56,734 bases of DNA from Macrostomum lignano. Its lineage: Eukaryota. The stretch spans positions 1 to 56,734 of the forward strand of contig NIVC01001859.1 in the NCBI GenBank assembly GCA_002269645.1, in the 5' to 3' direction. The notes under the pieces are model-generated. The model ran no database searches. It was given only the letters and a program-made list of their open reading frames with translations, and was not told where the DNA came from. Of this stretch, positions 51,821 through 56,734 are shown in pieces. The translations under genes and the position numbers were made by a program. Position 1 is the stretch's first letter. Each line of letters begins with the position of its first letter.

Positions 51821-52051
51821 GTTGTACCTTGAGGCAGCATAGCCAAATGAATAAGATGCAAGAAGCGATTGCAAGGTAGAAAAGTAACAAAGGCTTGAAA
51901 GGCTGGTGCGCACTTATATTATAATTTACCTACTAACCAGCATGATTCAGCAAACCCCCACTTGGCCTAGTCAGATCTGGGCAGACAGACAAAACCCCCA
52001 GCCAATCAGAATGCAAGAACCCTAACCAGTGTACAAGCCGCATACACAACA
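51820..52051 (-). repeat. 5-prime LTR of the Gypsy element
   Basis: TGTTGT...ACAACA termini, followed by the PBS. Confidence 0.94.
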
Positions 52052-52329
52052 GAACTAAGTTGCAAATCTGTACAAAACTAAGTCATACCAGATAAGCAAA
52101 ATTTTGAGGTTGGGCATATATGACAATACGAGGCCAACTCCTCCAATGGAGGAGAAAGGGGAAGAACTCCCATCACCAGAATTCCATTCCCTGAAATCCA
52201 TCAGCTGAAATTCCTACATGACTTCAATCCCATTTTCCAAATCATCTCCATCATCTGTAAAGCCTTTCAAATACCATATCTTATTTTCCCTGTTTGCAAA
52301 AACTGACTGCAATTGTCCAGACTCAGCTT

Positions 52330-52850
52330 CTTCTGTCTAATCTCTTCTCTCTTCTCTTCTCATCGCATCTCTTATCTCTCCTCTCCTCACTACTTTCTTC
52401 TCTTAATTCTCTCATCTCTCCTCTCTCCCTTCTCTCGCTTCTCTCTCCTCTCACTTCTCTCATCTCTACCACCTTATTTATCTCTTCTCCCTCGTCTTTC
52501 ATCTATACTCTCTCCTGTCTCCTTTCTCCCCTGTTTTCTACTCTCTCCTCTCTTCTTTCTTCTCTCCTATCTCATCTCTCATCCCTCATCTCTCATCTCA
52601 CTCTTTCTTTCTCCTCTACTCTAAGCTCCTCTCTTCTCTCTCCTCTCATCTCTCCTGTCTCCCTCTGCTATCTCATATATTCCCTTTCATTTCCCTCCTC
52701 TTTTCTTCTCTCTCCCTCTTCGTTCCCACCTTACTCCCCTCTTTTCTCCCATCTGTCATGTCTAATCTCTCCTCTCTCATTTCTAGCCTGTTTTTTATCA
52801 TCTCTTCCCTCCTCTCTTTTCTCTCTTCTCTTTACTCTCTTTTCTGACTG
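52330..52850. repeat. CT-rich low-complexity tract
   Basis: Seen directly. Confidence 0.85.
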
Positions 52851-55712
52851 ACTGAAGATGCCAAATCCATCAAAATTCTCTCAGGGAAACAGAAATCCTC
52901 TCCGCGAAACCGAAATCCTCTCCATGAAACTGAATTTCTGAAACCATCAAAATTCTCTTTATGAAACTGGACTCAATCAAAATTTTCTCTGTCAAAAAGA
53001 ATCAGCTCTCAAGATTAATTTGTTAGGGTTAGGGTTGGAGCTGCACAGCTGCGTGTTAAAAGGGGCCAATAAAAATTGAGCTAATTGAATCAATAATTGA
53101 TTGCGCAGTTTATTTCTGTCAGTCAGAATCAGTCTCAGACTCTCAGCCTCAGGTAAAGTTAACAAAAAGATTGCGCAATCTAAATCAACTGTCCAATACA
53201 CAGCGACCGACCCCCTTCCAATACGCAGTGGCAGCTAGAAATTGAACCGCCCAACTGTTGGGGGGGGGTCCATCGAATCAAACCCCCATTGAACCCCAAA
53301 ATGAGTACAATCTTTGCAAAAAGTAAAAAGTATGAAAATAGTTTTCCCAATGCAGAGCTTTTAGTTTTTATATTTAAAGCAAACAACTTATATCCCCGAA
53401 CTCAGCGTTGCAAGATCTTTCCAGAAATATAAGCCTCTCCTCTCAAAGTTTAAAACTCGAGGAACAGTTAGCGTTTGAAATTTACCGATTTCCTGACTGT
53501 TTGCTAGAGAAGCTCGCAAGTTTATTCACTGCCAACTGCCAAGCTAATACACAGGGCTGCCTATGGAAAAAGGCGCCAATAATAAAACCAATTGAATCTC
53601 GACACAGTCCTATCCTATCTATCTGTTTACACTGTACAACTGCTATGTACACTCAGCCAAAAGCAACCCCCCGTGCCGGGGAAATCATTAAATTTAACTG
53701 CACCCCAAACACGCGGGGTTTTATTTGCATTGAACCCAGAACACACGTCACCCACCCTTCCAATACACAGCGGCCCGCGGGGGGAGGTTGGGGAGGTTGT
53801 TTTTACAATTTATGCCACTACCCCTCCACTGAAGAGGCAAAGTGGCCAAAGAAGGTTAAGAAAACAGTTTTCTGCTTTTTTAATGGACTCAACTTTTAAT
53901 TTTTTAACATTAAAATAGCCTATTTGTTGTGTAGGAAAATTCTGCATTGATATATATAAGTCCCGCATTTGAGTTGCTAGCCATCTAGGAGGAGATACGC
54001 GTTAAACCCGGCTGGTTGATTGATCGATCGATCGACCCACTCAGCTTTAGATATAAGATATAATAATATATAATAATATATTATAACATTGTTTACAAAT
54101 TTTTGACTTTTTTTATTGTCTTCAACTATAAAACAACTTTTAATATGAAAAACTATATTGATTACAGAAAGAAAAAGAAATTAATTATCTATTAGACTAG
54201 CTAGCCATTTTTGAAACTTACTAAGGTAGGTTTAGTTTTAAATTTCAGATTTGGTATAATATACTCAGCAACAGTCAAGTTTTTTCCTCCAAGTGGGATA
54301 CATTTTACTCACTTATTACAAGTGCTTCTTATGGTACACCTGGAGTGCATTGCTAATTTGGGATTGTCTAAGGTGATCATGCTATTATTGTAAGCTAATG
54401 ATACAGCTATGCACTCTGTTGACCTTTCTAGTCCCTAGATATAAATCCCATCAAGAATGTCTTGGATTTCTAAAATGCAGTATTTGAAAAAAGAATCTAC
54501 TACAAAATATTTGCAGAGCTGCATTGTGCCATTGAATATGCTTGTGATGTACTGTAGGTTTTGGTTTTTTAGTTGTTTGGTTTGTATCCCACCATTGTTA
54601 CCACTGACATGTTTTAGATCTTGGTTGCTTGTATGGGCAATGATGAAATTGCCAAGAATCCCACTGCTGCCACCATATAGTACTGGCTAGTTGGTTGCTC
54701 AGGGCCTTGGTGTCTATTCTACTGCTGCCACTAGTATTGTGCTTTTGGGTTTGGCTTTCACTATTATTGCAGGGTTGATAGGGACTGCTGATGCCCAAAG
54801 CAACCTTATCAAGGATGTGTATGAGGACTAAAACTAGGAAAAAATCTAAAATTAAAGGTTGCTATCAGCGTAAGTACCATAAAATCCACAATGAAAGGCC
54901 CTGTTTGGGTCCTATGCAAATAAATAATGCTAGAACAGTTATCAACTAGTCTCAGAGATTTCAATGTCTAATTGACAGGACTCAATGGTTGCAAATGGCC
55001 TAAGTGGCACAGTCTTGGCACTGACTAAAATTGTCCATGCTTGAGCATGTCTAAGTTTAGCTCTCAGAGGATTCCTAACTCCTAATAACCTTTTTGCTAA
55101 CTAGTCTCACACAGATAGATGGCAAGGATAGGTCTATGTATCTGAAGTAAAGGAAATCATGATTCTTAGAAACATCAATTTTGTAAACTGTAAATGAAAG
55201 TACAATAGCAGCTGCCCTCTTACCATTACTTTCAATATACTAGAACATCTTATAATTAATTGCTAGAACATCTTATAATCATACTATTGAAAGTTATATA
55301 GTTAGTTTTTATTGATTATTGTTAAATTTTTAAGTTTGACTAGATTGTAGCTCCTTACATTTGACTTGCTTTAGTAAGTTCTTGCTTGAGGATAAAAACT
55401 ATTTTAAGTATGTTAAAGAATCTACCCCTAGCCTTTTATTCACAAGTCTACCATTAACTTCACTAGGCTAAATTTCATGTTATAAAGTAGTTATACATAA
55501 GCATATAAAAGAGATATATGTTATTATCATAGGATTATCTTTGATATTTAATATTGCAAATTTCTAAATTTTGCTATTTCTATAAAGTTTTGAATTCTTT
55601 TCTACTAAAACTATATTTTTTCTATCACCTAGTTATGCTTTTGAAAACATTTAAATTAAGAATTAAGCACTTTGCTTATCTAATAATACCTATTCCAAAG
55701 GATTCTTTACAT

Positions 55713-56062
55713 AAGGGGTTAGCAAACTTTGTTGCCTTAAGGGCTAGATAGAGACTAGCGCATGACTGCGGGCCAGATGAGGAAGAAAAGGAGAGGGAAT
55801 AGAGAAGAGAGATTAGAGAAAAGAGAGATTAGAGAAAAGAGAGGTGAAAGAATAAAGAAGAGAGGAGACAAGAGTATAGGAGTGATGATATAAGAGAGGG
55901 GAGAGGGAAGGGACAAAAAGGAGAGAGTAGAGGAGAGGAGACAAAAAAGAGTAGGTAAGACAAGACACAAACCTTAAGCAGGTGGGATAGCCATCGTGAA
56001 GTTTCAAAAGACCCCAAGGTCTGGATAGAGAGGCTTTGAAGGCCGGCGTTTGCTGACCCTTG
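55713..56062 (+). mobile_element. Degenerate non-autonomous hAT-like element with internal GA-rich tract
   Basis: AAGGGGTTAGCAAAC...GTTTGCTGACCCTTG imperfect TIRs; internal similarity to 41416-42194; no clean TSD. Confidence 0.55.
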
Positions 56063-56299
56063 TAGACTCTACATATCTTAGATTAGAGCCTTGAGATTCC
56101 ATTTAAATGCATTCTGTGTATTATTAAATCTGGTTATTGCATGCGCAGTTTTTCATTGATTGTTCATTTAGATATAGTATAGAAACTAAAACTAATTTTA
56201 GGTTGCTTAATAACCATAGTATGTACCCATTGTTTTTTAAACATATTTGATATTTTATTTTGAAAAATATGCTTTCAGACTGACTATACTACTGTTGGT

Positions 56300-56655
56300 A
56301 TGAATAACTGCGGCAGTGATAGCGATGATAATGATGATGATTATGTTGAGCTAGCTAATGATGGAGACACTGACATGAGCATAGGACAGTCTCGTCTCCA
56401 GTGTCTTTTCTGTCGCAACCAAGCTTCAGTTGATTTGGATGATTTAATCAATAAACATTTGCCAGCTGCTCATGGTATTGCCAATTTTGCCAGTTTATTA
56501 GTCAGCATTGGTGTGCAGGATCAGCCCACCTGGGTACAGTTTGTGGCTTTTGTTCGTAGTAAGAATTTCAATGCAACAACAACTGAGGATGGTAGGCTCC
56601 AACAGCTGTTGGACGAGTTTCGAGTAACAGCTGGTGCCGTTCAGGATGGCAGTGG
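56300..56655 (+). CDS. PRMT3: First coding exon of a PRMT3-like protein (acidic N-terminus plus C2H2-type zinc finger CLFC..KHLPAAH..WVQFVAFVR)
   Basis: An acidic start followed by CLFC-x14-H-x4-H and a FVAFVR helix resembles the PRMT3/ZNF277 zf-C2H2_2 region; upstream acceptor TTTCAG at 56278, donor GG|GTGAGT at 56655/56656; catalytic domain is not in the window. Confidence 0.5.
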
Positions 56656-56734
56656 GTGAGTTTTTATACTACTGATTCTGTAGGTGTGGTTAGTAGTAGT
56701 GTATTTTCATCAAGGGTCTAACAATATAGTTACT

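Larger units (their letters stand above)
47599..52051 (-). mobile_element. Full-length degenerate Ty3/Gypsy LTR retrotransposon
   Basis: Two LTRs of about 230 bp; 5-bp TSD GAACT (47594-47598 and 52052-52056); PBS TGGCGAC at 51819; PPT GAGGGGGGTGA at 47842-47832; domain order gag-PR-RT-RH-IN. Confidence 0.95.

Noticed and set aside
53020-53036. TTAGGGTTAGGG telomere-like motif
   Set aside because: Only two units; compatible with chance
54690-54830. Hydrophobic frame AQGLGVYSTAATSIVLLGLAFTIIAGLIG..
   Set aside because: Short, preceded by an in-frame stop, no start and no recognisable family

Overview
Eukaryotic (animal) genomic DNA, not prokaryotic: short GC-rich exons with GT-AG introns sit in AT-rich DNA dense with microsatellites and minisatellites. 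The gene set (an animal-type UspA protein) and the repeat-filled introns suggest a non-ecdysozoan invertebrate such as a free-living flatworm; this is inference only. Three genes lie on the minus strand. (1) A plastin/fimbrin gene with a complete 7-exon CDS (45528 to 33963, about 684 aa). (2) A universal stress protein gene with an intronless CDS (28933 to 28472). (3) A glutaminase gene with two candidate first exons plus 9 shared exons (16707/13843 to 2582); it runs off the left edge, and one exon carries two 1-nt deletions. A PRMT3-like C2H2 zinc-finger exon starts on the plus strand at 56300. Mobile DNA comprises a complete but decayed Ty3/Gypsy LTR element (47599-52051, TSD GAACT, heavy CpG decay), two mariner fragments, two non-LTR fragments and several MITEs with 8-bp TSDs. 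There are more than 20 separate tandem arrays, including a 2.3-kb (TATC)n. I found no rRNA, tRNA or CRISPR array, and no clearly new multi-gene system. The best leads are splicing-related (alternative glutaminase N-termini, a candidate EF-hand-only or poison exon and a candidate recursive splice site in plastin), the CpG-decay signature, and the inverted repeat arrays flanking the USP gene. Most long ORFs in the supplied track are translations of repeats. All alignments and counts were done by eye.
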